Shown here piece after piece: positions 9,375 to 18,611 of a DNA stretch of 64,000 nt; positions within the stretch are counted from its first letter, which is position 1, and each line of letters begins with the position of its first letter. The notes below the pieces were generated by a model. The model did not search any database and was not told where the DNA came from. It worked only from the letters and a program-made list of their open reading frames with translations. The stretch is from NCBI GenBank assembly GCA_963763745.1, contig CAVXQJ010000016.1, positions 385,029 to 449,028 of the forward strand, in the 5' to 3' direction. Made by a program: the position numbers and the translations under genes. The stretch comes from an uncultured delta proteobacterium (GTDB lineage Bacteria; Myxococcota_A; Polyangia; Polyangiales; Polyangiaceae).

Positions 9375-9935
9375 TTAGTTTTTTGACGCGCGAGCCGGGT
9401 GTTTGGCGTGCGGAATCAGCACGCGCAGCACCTTGTCGATGCTCGCGTCGGTGATCGCGAGCGGCGTGCGATCGAGAAATCCGTCCTTCTCGGCGCGCTG
9501 AATCAGTCTGAGCGTTTCTGAAAAGTACCCGGCGACGTCGAGCAACCCGATCGGCTTGTCGTGCAAACCGATTTGCTTCCACGTGAGCACCTCGAAGAGC
9601 TCGTCGAACGTGCCGAGGCCGCCGGGGAGCGCGAGGAACGCGTCGCTCTTGTCGACCATGAGCGCTTTGCGCTCGTGCATCGTCTTGACGACGTGAAGCT
9701 CGGAGAGCGCCGTGTGCGCGACCTCGCGATCGAAGACGCCGACCGGGATGACGCCGATCGCTTCGCCTTCGCCTTCGAGCACCGCGTTCGCGAGCGCACC
9801 CATCACGCCCACGTTCGCTCCCCCATACACGAGCCCGATGTGGCGCTCCGCGAGCGCTTTGCCGAGGTCGTGCGCCGCGTGGGCGAACTCGGGACGCGAG
9901 CCGATCTTCGAACCGCAAAAGACGCAGAGCCTCAT
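9375..9935 (-). CDS. LOG family protein (cytokinin riboside 5'-monophosphate phosphoribohydrolase-like, TIGR00730)
   Basis: Contains MRLCVFCGS...VYGGANVGVMGALA...PGGLGTFDELFEVLTWKQIGLH (GGGxGxMG and PGGxGTxxE motifs). Confidence 0.8.
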   Translation of the reverse strand: MRLCVFCGSKIGSRPEFAHAAHDLGKALAERHIGLVYGGANVGVMGALANAVLEGEGEAIGVIPVGVFDREVAHTALSELHVVKTMHERKALMVDKSDAFLALPGGLGTFDELFEVLTWKQIGLHDKPIGLLDVAGYFSETLRLIQRAEKDGFLDRTPLAITDASIDKVLRVLIPHAKHPARASKN

Positions 9936-9960
9936 CGCGGACGCGCTATAGCATGGCGCC

Positions 9961-11922
9961 GTGAGCGGGCTCATCCAACGCGCGCCAAAGACGCAGGCGG
10001 AGGTGGACGAGAATCGCCCGCTCGAGACCGCGCCCGAGCAAGTCCTCGAGATGGACGAGCCCACGTGGTACGCGCGCGTCTACCGCGGCGACGGCGCTCC
10101 GCAGCTCACGCTCCGCGCGCTCGCGATGGGTTCGGTGCTCGGATTCTTTCTCGCGTTCACGAATCTCTACATCGGCCTCAAGACGGGGTGGCACCTCGGC
10201 GTCGCGATCACGGCGTCGATCCTCTCGTTCTCGATTTGGAGCGCGATGCACCGCGCGCGCATCGTGAAGACGCCGATGTCGATCCTCGAGAACAACTGCA
10301 TGCAATCGACGGCGTCGAGCGCGGGCTACTCGACGGGCTCGACGCTCGTCTCCGCGTTCCCCGCGATGCTTCTTTTGACGGGCGTGCATCCGCCGGTGTG
10401 GGTCATCGCGACGTGGGTGTTCTTCAGCGCCGTGCTCGGCGTGACGCTCGCGATCCCGATGAAGCGCAACATGATCAACCAGGAGCGCTTGAAGTTTCCG
10501 TCGGGCGTCGCCGCCGCAGTCACGCTGCAGAGCCTCTACAGCCGTGGACAAGAAGCGCTGCTCAAAGGGCGCGCGCTCTTCGCGTCGGCGGGCATCGCGG
10601 CGCTGGTTCCGATCGTGAAAGATCTCGGCGTGCGCGTCGTGATGCTCCCGAAGCGTCATCGCGAGGCGCTCGTTCCGTCCGCGAGCAAGATCTTCGACTG
10701 GCTTCCCGGCGTGAGCGTCGCGGGAAAACGCATCGCGCTCTCCGACTTCAACGTGAAGCTCGATCACAGCATCGTGCTCGTCGCCGCGGGCGCGATCATC
10801 GGTCTCCGCGCGACGATCTCGATGATGCTCGGCGCGATCGCGCTCGTGTGGTTCGTCGCGCCCGTCGCGCTCACTGCGGAGTGGACGAACACGGTGGGCA
10901 CGGTGGTCACCGCGGCGACGAAGCCGGCGAGCGCGTGGAAAGAAATCGGAGTGTGGGTCGGCGCGCCGATGATGGTCACCGCGGGCCTCTTCGGTTTCGC
11001 GCGTCAGTGGCGGACGATCGGACGCGCCGTGCATGGGCTCTTCGCGAAGAAAGCTCGAACGAACGACGACGATCTCGTCGCGAAGACCGAAGTGCCGACT
11101 TCGTGGTTCGCGATCGGCGCGGGATTCGCCGGTCTCGGCCTCGTCGGGCTCGCGTGGCGCGCGTTCTCGATCCCACCCTATTTCGGCGTGCTCGCCGTGC
11201 TGATGACTTTCTTCCTCGCGCTCGTCGCGTGTCGCGCGACGGGCGAGACCGACGTGACGCCGACGGGCGCGATGGGAAAAATCATGCAGCTCACGTACGG
11301 CGTCCTCATGCCGCAGAGCACGACGGCGAACTTGATGACGGCCGCGGTCACGTCGGGCTCCGCATCCGCGAGCGCGGATCTGCTCAACGATTTGAAGAGC
11401 GGGTATCTGCTCGGCGCGAACCCGCGGCGTCAGTTCGTCGCGCAAGCCGCGGGCATCGTCACGGGAACGATCGCGACCGTCATCGGATATTTCGCGCTCG
11501 TGCCCGACGCATCCGCGCTCACGGGAAAAGCGGGCGCCGACCCCGCGTTCGCTGCGCCCGCCGCGCAGCAGTGGAAAGCGGTCGCGGAAGTGTTTCGCGT
11601 CGGCATCGCCAACATGCACCCGATGGCGCGCCACGCGATCGCCGCGGGCATCGCGCTCGGTCTCGTTCTCTCCGTGATCGAAGCGCTCCTTCCGAAGTGG
11701 AAGAAGTGGCTCCCGTCGCCGACGGGCATCGGCCTCGGCTTCATTTTGCCGTTCTACTATCCGCTCGCGATGTTCCTCGGCGCGGCCATCGCGGCGCTCG
11801 CGGCCAAGCTCGCGAAGGCGCGCGCGGAGCGCTACACGGTTCCGATCAGCTCCGGTCTCATCGCGGGCGAGAGCATCGTCGGCGTGATCGTCGCCATCTT
11901 GAACAACTTCGTTTTGAAGTGA
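9961..11922 (+). CDS. OPT-family oligopeptide transporter
   Basis: 653 aa, polytopic. N-terminal region then TMs (LGFFLAFTNLYIGLKTGW...); OPT-like topology over the full length. GTG start at 9961 (alternative ATG at 10051). Confidence 0.8.
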   Translation: MSGLIQRAPKTQAEVDENRPLETAPEQVLEMDEPTWYARVYRGDGAPQLTLRALAMGSVLGFFLAFTNLYIGLKTGWHLGVAITASILSFSIWSAMHRARIVKTPMSILENNCMQSTASSAGYSTGSTLVSAFPAMLLLTGVHPPVWVIATWVFFSAVLGVTLAIPMKRNMINQERLKFPSGVAAAVTLQSLYSRGQEALLKGRALFASAGIAALVPIVKDLGVRVVMLPKRHREALVPSASKIFDWLPGVSVAGKRIALSDFNVKLDHSIVLVAAGAIIGLRATISMMLGAIALVWFVAPVALTAEWTNTVGTVVTAATKPASAWKEIGVWVGAPMMVTAGLFGFARQWRTIGRAVHGLFAKKARTNDDDLVAKTEVPTSWFAIGAGFAGLGLVGLAWRAFSIPPYFGVLAVLMTFFLALVACRATGETDVTPTGAMGKIMQLTYGVLMPQSTTANLMTAAVTSGSASASADLLNDLKSGYLLGANPRRQFVAQAAGIVTGTIATVIGYFALVPDASALTGKAGADPAFAAPAAQQWKAVAEVFRVGIANMHPMARHAIAAGIALGLVLSVIEALLPKWKKWLPSPTGIGLGFILPFYYPLAMFLGAAIAALAAKLAKARAERYTVPISSGLIAGESIVGVIVAILNNFVLK

Positions 11923-12258
11923 TCACGCGCGCTGGCGAAAAACGAAATACGCCGCGCCCGCCATGCACATCGCCGCCCACAAGTAGTCGAGCTTGATCTT
12001 CTCTTTCATGTAGAGCATCGCGAACGGCACGAAGACGCTGAGCGTGATGATCTCTTGCATGATCTTCAGTTGGCCCAGCGTGAAGCGCCCGTAGCCGAGG
12101 CGATTGGCGGGGACCTGCAGCGCGTACTCGAAGAGGGCGATGCTCCAGCTCGCGAGCACCGCCAGCCACCACGGCGAATCGCGCAGCGTGCGCAAGTGGC
12201 CGTACCACGCGTAGGTCATGAAGACGTTCGAGAGAACGAGAAGGGCGACGGTGGACAC
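11923..12258 (-). CDS. small DMT-superfamily membrane protein (DUF486-like)
   Basis: 111 aa with 4 TM segments; abuts the OPT gene end. Confidence 0.55.
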   Translation of the reverse strand: MSTVALLVLSNVFMTYAWYGHLRTLRDSPWWLAVLASWSIALFEYALQVPANRLGYGRFTLGQLKIMQEIITLSVFVPFAMLYMKEKIKLDYLWAAMCMAGAAYFVFRQRA

Positions 12259-12279
12259 GCGCCGAATGTACCGCGGTTG

Positions 12280-13371
12280 CTATTCGTCCGTATCGACCGA
12301 GGGTCGCGGCGTCGCGTACGGAACGGCGATGATGTGCAAGCCGGTGCCGTCGAACTTGTAGTTGCGTCCGTTGTCGAGGAGCACGCTCGTCTCGTCGCTC
12401 GGGTCGCCAATGAGCGCGAAGACGAAGTTCTGCCTGACGTCGTAGAACGTGATCGGGTCCACGTTCGGATTCGACACGAACGCGATCGAGTCGAGCGTCT
12501 GAGCGAACTGATCGAATGGTTGCTGCCCGCTCTCCGCGACGAAGCTCACGCTGGCTCCGTCGTAGCTGCTCGGGCTCGAGAGGTTCGAGATGAGCGCGGG
12601 CTTCGCGGCCGTGTTTGGCGTGAGCGGGTCCATGAGCGCTTGGCTCGCGGTCCCTTTCATGTAGAACGAGCCGACCGTCAACCCGCTCTGCCAACCCGCG
12701 AGGTTGACGACGGTTCCCCAAAGATCGCCTTCAGCGCCGGCGAACGCGTTGTCCTCGAAGCCGACGGGCGCGAGCTTCACGTGGCCGCTGTTCGTGTCGT
12801 CGACGAGCCCGAGCAGCGTGACGTCGTTCGTGAGCGGAGCCTGAAACGCGGCATGCGCGCGACACGGGAACGTGCTGTCGCACGTGATGCTCTTGCAGTC
12901 GTTGCCGGCGCGTGACGGCGCCCACGCGGAGTCGTTGGCGAGGTCGGACGCATTGAACACGTTGACCGTGATGGTGCCCGACGTGTTGAACGATCCGAGA
13001 TCGAGCCCGCGCCCGCGCTCGACGCCGACGTAATTCGTGAACGGCATGACGTGATCGTCGGGGATTGCGTACGGCGTGAGCGGCGTCGTGCCGTTGAACA
13101 AGCACACGCGTACGTCTTGAAATTGGAGCTCGGTGCCGGTCGTGAGCTCGTAGGTCGAGGTGCCAATTCCGTTGATGAGGACGAGCGCGGGCTGTGTTGG
13201 CGTCGTTGGTGTCGCCTTTTCGTCCGCGCGGTTCGCGTCCATGTCGGCTGGCATCGAGTCGCCCGCGCCGAAGTTGCCATCTGGTGGTCCGTTCGAGGTC
13301 CCTGGGGCTCCGCACGCCAGGCCCACGCCGACGGAAACGAACGCCAAGACCAAGCCCCACTTAAGTCTCAA
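12280..13371 (-). CDS. lipoprotein, hypothetical (lipobox GLAC)
   Basis: 363 aa; signal MRLKWGLVLAFVSVGVGLACGA; no recognised domain. Confidence 0.55.
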   Translation of the reverse strand: MRLKWGLVLAFVSVGVGLACGAPGTSNGPPDGNFGAGDSMPADMDANRADEKATPTTPTQPALVLINGIGTSTYELTTGTELQFQDVRVCLFNGTTPLTPYAIPDDHVMPFTNYVGVERGRGLDLGSFNTSGTITVNVFNASDLANDSAWAPSRAGNDCKSITCDSTFPCRAHAAFQAPLTNDVTLLGLVDDTNSGHVKLAPVGFEDNAFAGAEGDLWGTVVNLAGWQSGLTVGSFYMKGTASQALMDPLTPNTAAKPALISNLSSPSSYDGASVSFVAESGQQPFDQFAQTLDSIAFVSNPNVDPITFYDVRQNFVFALIGDPSDETSVLLDNGRNYKFDGTGLHIIAVPYATPRPSVDTDE

Positions 13372-13427
13372 AGTGCGATCAGCGTAGCACGCGATCTCTC
13401 GTCTTGCCTGTCGGCTCCGTCTTTTGC

Positions 13428-14816
13428 ATGCTTCCGATTGGAGTGGGCACGACCAACGAACCCGAGGGCGGAGATCTCGTCACCGCGAAAATCAGGCTGG
13501 TGAAGCCCCTCGGCGCGGGCGGGATGGGGAGCGTGTGGCTCGCGGACCACGAAGCGCTCCACACGCAGGTCGTCGTCAAGTTCATCGCGGCCGATCTCGC
13601 GAAGAACAAAGACGCTCTCGCGCGGTTCGAACGCGAAGCGGCGGCCGCGTCGCAGGTGAAGAGCCCACACGTCGTGCAGGTCCTCGATCACGGGCTCACC
13701 GAAGACGGCGTGCCGTTCATCGTCATGGAGCTGCTCGAAGGTCGCGATTTGGCGGCGCACCTCGAAAAATTCGGGCGCCTCCGCGTCGAGGACGTCGGCG
13801 AGATCGTCGCGCAGCTTTGTCGAGCGCTCGCGCGCGCGCACGAGCGCGGCATCGTTCACCGCGACATCAAACCGCACAACATCTTCTTGTGCGACGCGGG
13901 CAGCGGCGAGCTCTTCGTGAAGCTCCTCGACTTCGGCATCGCGAAGGGCGCGGCGGTCGAGAAGCTCGACGAGAGCACGAAGACGGGCACGCTCGTCGGC
14001 TCGCCGTATTACATGTCGCCCGAGCAGCTCGTCGGCGCGAAGGACATCGACTTTCGCACCGACCTCTGGTCCGTCGGCGTCGTCGCGTTCGAGGCGATGA
14101 CCGGGACGCGCGCGTTCGACGGCGAGACGGTCGGCGCGCTCGCGCTGCGCATTCACAACGATCCATTGCCGCTCCCGAGCCAACGCTGCGACTCGCTGAA
14201 TCCCGCGGTGGATCGCTGGTTCGAGCGCGCGTGCTCGCGCGCCGTGAGCGAGCGCTTTCAATCCGCGAAGGAAATGGCGGACGCGCTCCTCGCGGCGATC
14301 ACGGGCGATCCCTCGCGCGAGTCGATGACGTCGTCGGGCTCGGCGCTCGCGCGCTCGCAGGGGTCGATGGCGCTCGCGAACACCGCGGTCGATCAGAGCT
14401 CGCCGCACCTCGTCGACTCGAACGCGCTCTCCTTCGCCGGCGTCGAGCGATCGCCTGTGCGATCGCGCAAGCCGCGTGGCGCGCTGATGATCGCGACGGT
14501 CATCGCGGCGGGCGCGCTCGCGTATGGCATCGTGAAGCTGACGAAGACGGATCACGGCACGCAACAACCGGCTGCGTCGCTCGTCGTTCCGGCCGCGCCT
14601 TCGGTTTCGATCGCGACCGCCGAGCCCACGACGAGCGTGATGCTCGCGCCACCGCCGATTCCGACGCCGTCCACGCCGACCGCGAGCACCTCGTCGCGCG
14701 TGATCCTGGTTCACACCGCGGCGCACGTTGCGTCCGCGGCGCCTTCGGCGACCGTGACCGCGTCGTCCACTCCACCGCCAGCGCACACGACGCGAAACGA
14801 AGATGACATCAAGTAA
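13428..14816 (+). CDS. serine/threonine protein kinase with a C-terminal transmembrane segment
   Basis: LGAGGMGSVWLA...VVVK...HRDIKPHNIF...DFGIAK...SPYYMSPEQ subdomains. TM at ALMIATVIAAGALAYGIV, then a Pro/Ser/Thr-rich tail. Track ORF begins at TTG 13404; ATG 13428 chosen. Confidence 0.85.
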   Translation: MLPIGVGTTNEPEGGDLVTAKIRLVKPLGAGGMGSVWLADHEALHTQVVVKFIAADLAKNKDALARFEREAAAASQVKSPHVVQVLDHGLTEDGVPFIVMELLEGRDLAAHLEKFGRLRVEDVGEIVAQLCRALARAHERGIVHRDIKPHNIFLCDAGSGELFVKLLDFGIAKGAAVEKLDESTKTGTLVGSPYYMSPEQLVGAKDIDFRTDLWSVGVVAFEAMTGTRAFDGETVGALALRIHNDPLPLPSQRCDSLNPAVDRWFERACSRAVSERFQSAKEMADALLAAITGDPSRESMTSSGSALARSQGSMALANTAVDQSSPHLVDSNALSFAGVERSPVRSRKPRGALMIATVIAAGALAYGIVKLTKTDHGTQQPAASLVVPAAPSVSIATAEPTTSVMLAPPPIPTPSTPTASTSSRVILVHTAAHVASAAPSATVTASSTPPPAHTTRNEDDIK

Positions 14817-15771
14817 GCGCCGGCTCGTTCGCTCGCTCGTCGCGATCTCGATGCTCGCCGCGTCGCAGTCGTTCGCAGCGAATCCGAGCGCGCAGGACTT
14901 CGCGACGGCGCGCGAGCTCTACAAGCAGGGCAAAGAGCTGCGCGCGGCGGGCGATTTGCGCGGTGCGCTCGAGAAGCTCAAGGCCGCGCATGCGCTCGGT
15001 CACACGCCCATCACCGGCATCGAGCTCGCGCGCACGGAAGTGCAGCTCGGCTTGCTCGTCGAAGCGCGCGAGGTGTGCATCGGCATCGCGCGGTTGCCGG
15101 TCGAGTCGGACGAGACGGGCCGCTCCGCGGAAGCGCGCACGGATGCCGCGAAGCTCGCCGAGGATCTGCGCCCGCGCCTCGCGTCGCTTCGCATTCACGT
15201 CACGTCCGCATCCGCGGCGATCGTCGCGGTGGACGGCGAGGTCGTTCCAAACGTCGCGCTCGACTCCGCGCGCATGGTGAATCCCGGGCATCACGTCGTC
15301 ACCGCGCACACGGAGGGCGGCGCCGAAGTCTCGAGCAGCGTCGATCTCACAGAGGGACAAGCGCGCGGCGTCGATCTCGCGCCGCCCGCCGCGCCGGTCG
15401 TCGCCCTGCCGCCCACGAACGAGGGTCGCAAGTCGAGCGGAGTCGGCGGTCTCACAATCGCGGGCATCGCGATCGCGAGCGGAGGCCTCGTCGTCGGAAC
15501 CATCGGCGGCATCGTCGCGATGACGAGCCCCGTCCTCACAAACTCGTCGACGTGCCCGAACTACCAATGCCCGAGCACGCAGTGGCAAGCGCTGAACGAC
15601 GCGCGCTCCGCCGCGCTCGCGTCGACCATCGGCTTCAGCATCGCGGGCGCGGGCATCGTGATTCTCATCGTCGGCCTCGTGACGCACACGTCGCCGAAGG
15701 AGTCGATGCGTGGATTGCGCATCGTTCCCGATCTCGCATTCGATCACGTGGGGGTGAGCGGTGCGTTCTAG
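14803..15771 (+). CDS. secreted/membrane protein co-transcribed with the kinase (signal peptide, TPR-like N-terminus, two C-terminal TM helices)
   Basis: 322 aa; overlaps the kinase 3' end by 14 nt. Confidence 0.5.
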   Translation: MTSSKRRLVRSLVAISMLAASQSFAANPSAQDFATARELYKQGKELRAAGDLRGALEKLKAAHALGHTPITGIELARTEVQLGLLVEAREVCIGIARLPVESDETGRSAEARTDAAKLAEDLRPRLASLRIHVTSASAAIVAVDGEVVPNVALDSARMVNPGHHVVTAHTEGGAEVSSSVDLTEGQARGVDLAPPAAPVVALPPTNEGRKSSGVGGLTIAGIAIASGGLVVGTIGGIVAMTSPVLTNSSTCPNYQCPSTQWQALNDARSAALASTIGFSIAGAGIVILIVGLVTHTSPKESMRGLRIVPDLAFDHVGVSGAF

Positions 15772-15778
15772 AAACGGC

Positions 15779-16420
15779 ATGCTCGCCGCACTCGTCATCG
15801 TGCCGCTCGCGGTCGCCGCGTGCGACGTGCTCATCGGCCTCAACAAATATTGCAGCACCGATTGCGACGCCGCGGTGATCGACGGCGGACCCGACGTGCA
15901 AACCGACTCGCCCATCAGCGACGCGCCGCCCGACATCGACATCCCCGACGTCGTCGACGAAGCGACGAGCTGGGCGCGCTGGCGCATGGAAAATCCGGTG
16001 CAAGAAGTCGAGGCCGGCGCGCCCGTCCTCAGCCAAGCGCAGTTCGTCGCGTTGACGGACGCCGGAACGAACGAAATTTTCGACACGGTGACGAAGCTCC
16101 ATTGGAGCACACAGGCCGGACAAGCCGCGTCCGTCGACGCCGCCGCGAAGTTCTGCGCGACGCAGCTCCAACCATCGAACACGTGGCGCTTGCCGACGCG
16201 CATCGAAGCGATCTCGCTGATCGACACGACGCAGCAGCAGAGTCCATTCATCGCGCAGCCGTTCGTTCAAGGTCTGAAGGCGGAGCTCTTCTTGTGGACG
16301 GCGTCTTACTTGCGCCCAATCAATTCGCAGCTCGGGCTCGAGTTCTGGTTCATTCAGCTCAACACGGGCGACGTGACGACGTCGGGTCCGGGAACGGCGG
16401 GTGTGATTTGCGTTCGGTGA
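15779..16420 (+). CDS. DUF1566-domain lipoprotein (Lcl C-terminal-like domain; lipobox AVAAC)
   Basis: LHWSTQAG...NTWRLPTRIEAISL...GVICVR matches the DUF1566 pattern (WRLPT...EL...RCV). Confidence 0.65.
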   Translation: MLAALVIVPLAVAACDVLIGLNKYCSTDCDAAVIDGGPDVQTDSPISDAPPDIDIPDVVDEATSWARWRMENPVQEVEAGAPVLSQAQFVALTDAGTNEIFDTVTKLHWSTQAGQAASVDAAAKFCATQLQPSNTWRLPTRIEAISLIDTTQQQSPFIAQPFVQGLKAELFLWTASYLRPINSQLGLEFWFIQLNTGDVTTSGPGTAGVICVR

Positions 16421-16872
16421 TTCGGTTGGCCACGCTCGCTTCGGTGATCGTCTTCGTCGCGGGCGCGAGCGCGGACGCTCCGACGGATCAGTACGCGCCG
16501 TTCGGCACGCTCGCGTCGACCATCACGGACAACTTCACGCACCTCGCGTGGGAGCGCACGTTCGCCGGCCCGGTCGACTCCGTTTCGGTTCACGCCGACT
16601 CGGGATGCGGCTCGCCCCAGCGCCTGCCGACGGTGCGCGAGCTTCTCACGCTCGTCGACGAGAGCCCGCATTACGATTGGGATCCCGACGCCGGCGCGGC
16701 GACGGCGCGCTACATCGATCCGAACGCGTTCCCCGGAACGCCGACGGGCCCGTTTTGGACCGCGAGCCCCGTCGCGACGAGCAAGGGGAGCTTCATGGCC
16801 GTCGACTTCGGCTCGGGCGAAACGGTGTCGAACGCAACGACCGCGTACGTTCGCTGCGTTCAGGACAATTGA
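16417..16872 (+). CDS. DUF1566-domain secreted protein, tandem paralog (GTG start overlapping the upstream stop as GTGA)
   Basis: VIRLATLASVIVFVAGASA signal; LAWERT...PQRLPTVRELLTL...AYVRCVQDN. Confidence 0.55.
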   Translation: MIRLATLASVIVFVAGASADAPTDQYAPFGTLASTITDNFTHLAWERTFAGPVDSVSVHADSGCGSPQRLPTVRELLTLVDESPHYDWDPDAGAATARYIDPNAFPGTPTGPFWTASPVATSKGSFMAVDFGSGETVSNATTAYVRCVQDN

Positions 16873-16876
16873 GCGG

Positions 16877-17713
16877 TTACTGACACGAAGAGCCGAGGCA
16901 CGCTGCGATCTGGCTCGAGCACTGCTGCTGGATGCAGTTGAAGTCGCCGCCGCATCCGCCGATGGCCGCGGTGATGGCGCAGTTGACGGCTTGGTCCGCG
17001 AAGTACTGCGCGTTCGCGCAACCGTCGGACAAGCAGTTCGCGACGCACGACAAACTGAACGTCGGCGGTTGCGTGTTGAGGTCGACGCATTTCAGCGCGC
17101 ACGTGAGCGTCTCGAAGCACGTGTACTGCGTCACGCACTGTCCGCAGTCCGCGGGGCAGTTCGTGCACGTCTCGTACGGCGCTTCGCACTTCTTGTTGCC
17201 GCATACCGAGCAGAGGCCGCAGTCGCCCGGACACGAGATGCAGTTCTCCGTGCCGGTGCAGAGACCGTCGCCGCAGCCGGGGCACTTGCCGCAGTCGTCG
17301 GGGCAGTTGTTGCAGCTCTCGTTGCTCTGACACGTGCCGTCGCCGCACGCGGCGCACTTGCCGCAGTCCTCGGGACAGATGGTGCAGTTCTCGATGTTCG
17401 TCTGACAGATGCCGTCGCCGCACGTCGGGCACTTGCCGCAGTCTTGCGGGCAACTGAGGCACGACTCGCTCGAGTCGCACGTGTTGTCGCCGCACGTCTT
17501 GCAAAAGCCGCAATCCTCGGGGCAGTTCGAGCACGTCTCGTTGCTGCCGCACGTGTTGTCGCCGCACGTGATCGGCGGGGGCGTGACGCCGTCGGGCAAC
17601 CCACCATCAGGGACGACGACTTGATTCGGGTCCGTCAAATCAGCGCGCGAGCCGCACGCCGAAATGGTGGCGACCACGATGGCCACGAAAGGAAGAAGAC
17701 GGCGGAGCAACAT
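16877..17713 (-). CDS. lipoprotein made of six tandem about 24-aa Cys-rich repeats (CGDGxC-x5-C-x2-CPxDCGxC), resembling the Myxococcus cysteine-rich repeat (TIGR02232 flavour)
   Basis: MLLRRLLPFVAIVVATISACGS then TCGDNTCGSNETCSNCPEDCGFCK / TCGDNTCDSSESCLSCPQDCGKC / PTCGDGICQTNIENCTICPEDCGKC / AACGDGTCQSNESCNNCPDDCGKC / PGCGDGLCTGTENCISCPGDCGLC / SVCGNKKCEAPYETCTNCPADCGQC, plus a Cys-rich C-terminal module. Confidence 0.7.
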   Translation of the reverse strand: MLLRRLLPFVAIVVATISACGSRADLTDPNQVVVPDGGLPDGVTPPPITCGDNTCGSNETCSNCPEDCGFCKTCGDNTCDSSESCLSCPQDCGKCPTCGDGICQTNIENCTICPEDCGKCAACGDGTCQSNESCNNCPDDCGKCPGCGDGLCTGTENCISCPGDCGLCSVCGNKKCEAPYETCTNCPADCGQCVTQYTCFETLTCALKCVDLNTQPPTFSLSCVANCLSDGCANAQYFADQAVNCAITAAIGGCGGDFNCIQQQCSSQIAACLGSSCQ

Positions 17714-17757
17714 GGCGCGAAGCCTACCACACGCCTTTGTGAATGGCTCAAAACGAG

Positions 17758-18576
17758 TCAATGGCTCAAGACGAATGCCAGGGCGTTTCGCATCACCTCG
17801 TCGATGTTTGCAGAATACAAGTGTGAGGTCGCGGGCATCACGAACATTTCCGCGGGGTAACCCGTCGCCTTGAGCGCTTCGACGCTCTTCTCCTCGCCCG
17901 GGCGCTCGGTCCCGAGCTCGCCCGCTATCATCGCGACGGCGCGCACCTTCGACGTGTCGAGGTACGGTTTCTTGATCGTCACGTCGGCCTCGATGAGGAT
18001 CAAATACGGCCAGCGCCCGGGGTGGTAGCCGACGATCTCGATCGCCGCCCACCCGCCGCGCGAGTAACCGACGAGCACGGAGCCGTCGCGCGAGATGCCG
18101 CCATCGACTTTGTTTTGCGCGACCGTGATGCCGCGCTCGAGATCTTGCTCCATCAGAACGAATGACTCGTCCCACATCGGCGGCCCGATCGGCGAGGTGC
18201 AGTGCTCGTTGCCCGTCGGACAAACCATGAAGCCGCGCTCGACCCCCGCATCAAGCCACGTGCCGCACGCATAAGACGGCGCGCCGCATTGTCCGTGAAG
18301 CGTCGCGACGAGACGGTGCTCGTCCATGAGTCGCGGGAGCGCGTACCAAACGTTTCGGCCGGGAAGCATCACGGCCTCGTTCGGTCCGATCGACTCGCGC
18401 TGCGGAGGCGGCGGCGGGGGCGGGGGCGGAGACTGAGACAGAGTCGGGGACGGAGACTGAGACAGAGACGGAGACTGAGACTGAGACTGAGACGGAGACG
18501 GCGTTGGGGTCGGCGCAATCGACGCTGTCCGACAGGCAGCGAGGACGCTGGTGATCATCAAGGCGTGACGCACCAA
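17758..18576 (-). CDS. lipoprotein with an SQSPSP/poly-Pro linker and an alpha/beta-hydrolase (esterase-like, GYSRGG) domain
   Basis: Lipobox VLAAC, then PTPTPSPSQSQSQSPSLSQSPSPTLSQSPPPPPPPPP, then GxSxG-like GYSRGGWAA. Confidence 0.6.
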   Translation of the reverse strand: MVRHALMITSVLAACRTASIAPTPTPSPSQSQSQSPSLSQSPSPTLSQSPPPPPPPPPQRESIGPNEAVMLPGRNVWYALPRLMDEHRLVATLHGQCGAPSYACGTWLDAGVERGFMVCPTGNEHCTSPIGPPMWDESFVLMEQDLERGITVAQNKVDGGISRDGSVLVGYSRGGWAAIEIVGYHPGRWPYLILIEADVTIKKPYLDTSKVRAVAMIAGELGTERPGEEKSVEALKATGYPAEMFVMPATSHLYSANIDEVMRNALAFVLSH

Positions 18577-18611
18577 AAGCGATTTATCATACGCACCATG
18601 GGAGGGTGCGC

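Noticed and set aside
12259-12279. Short palindromic fragments (accgcggt, cgaat...attcg) between the DMT and lipoprotein genes
   Set aside because: Stems are 5 bp or shorter with long loops. Such short matches arise by chance in GC-rich DNA.
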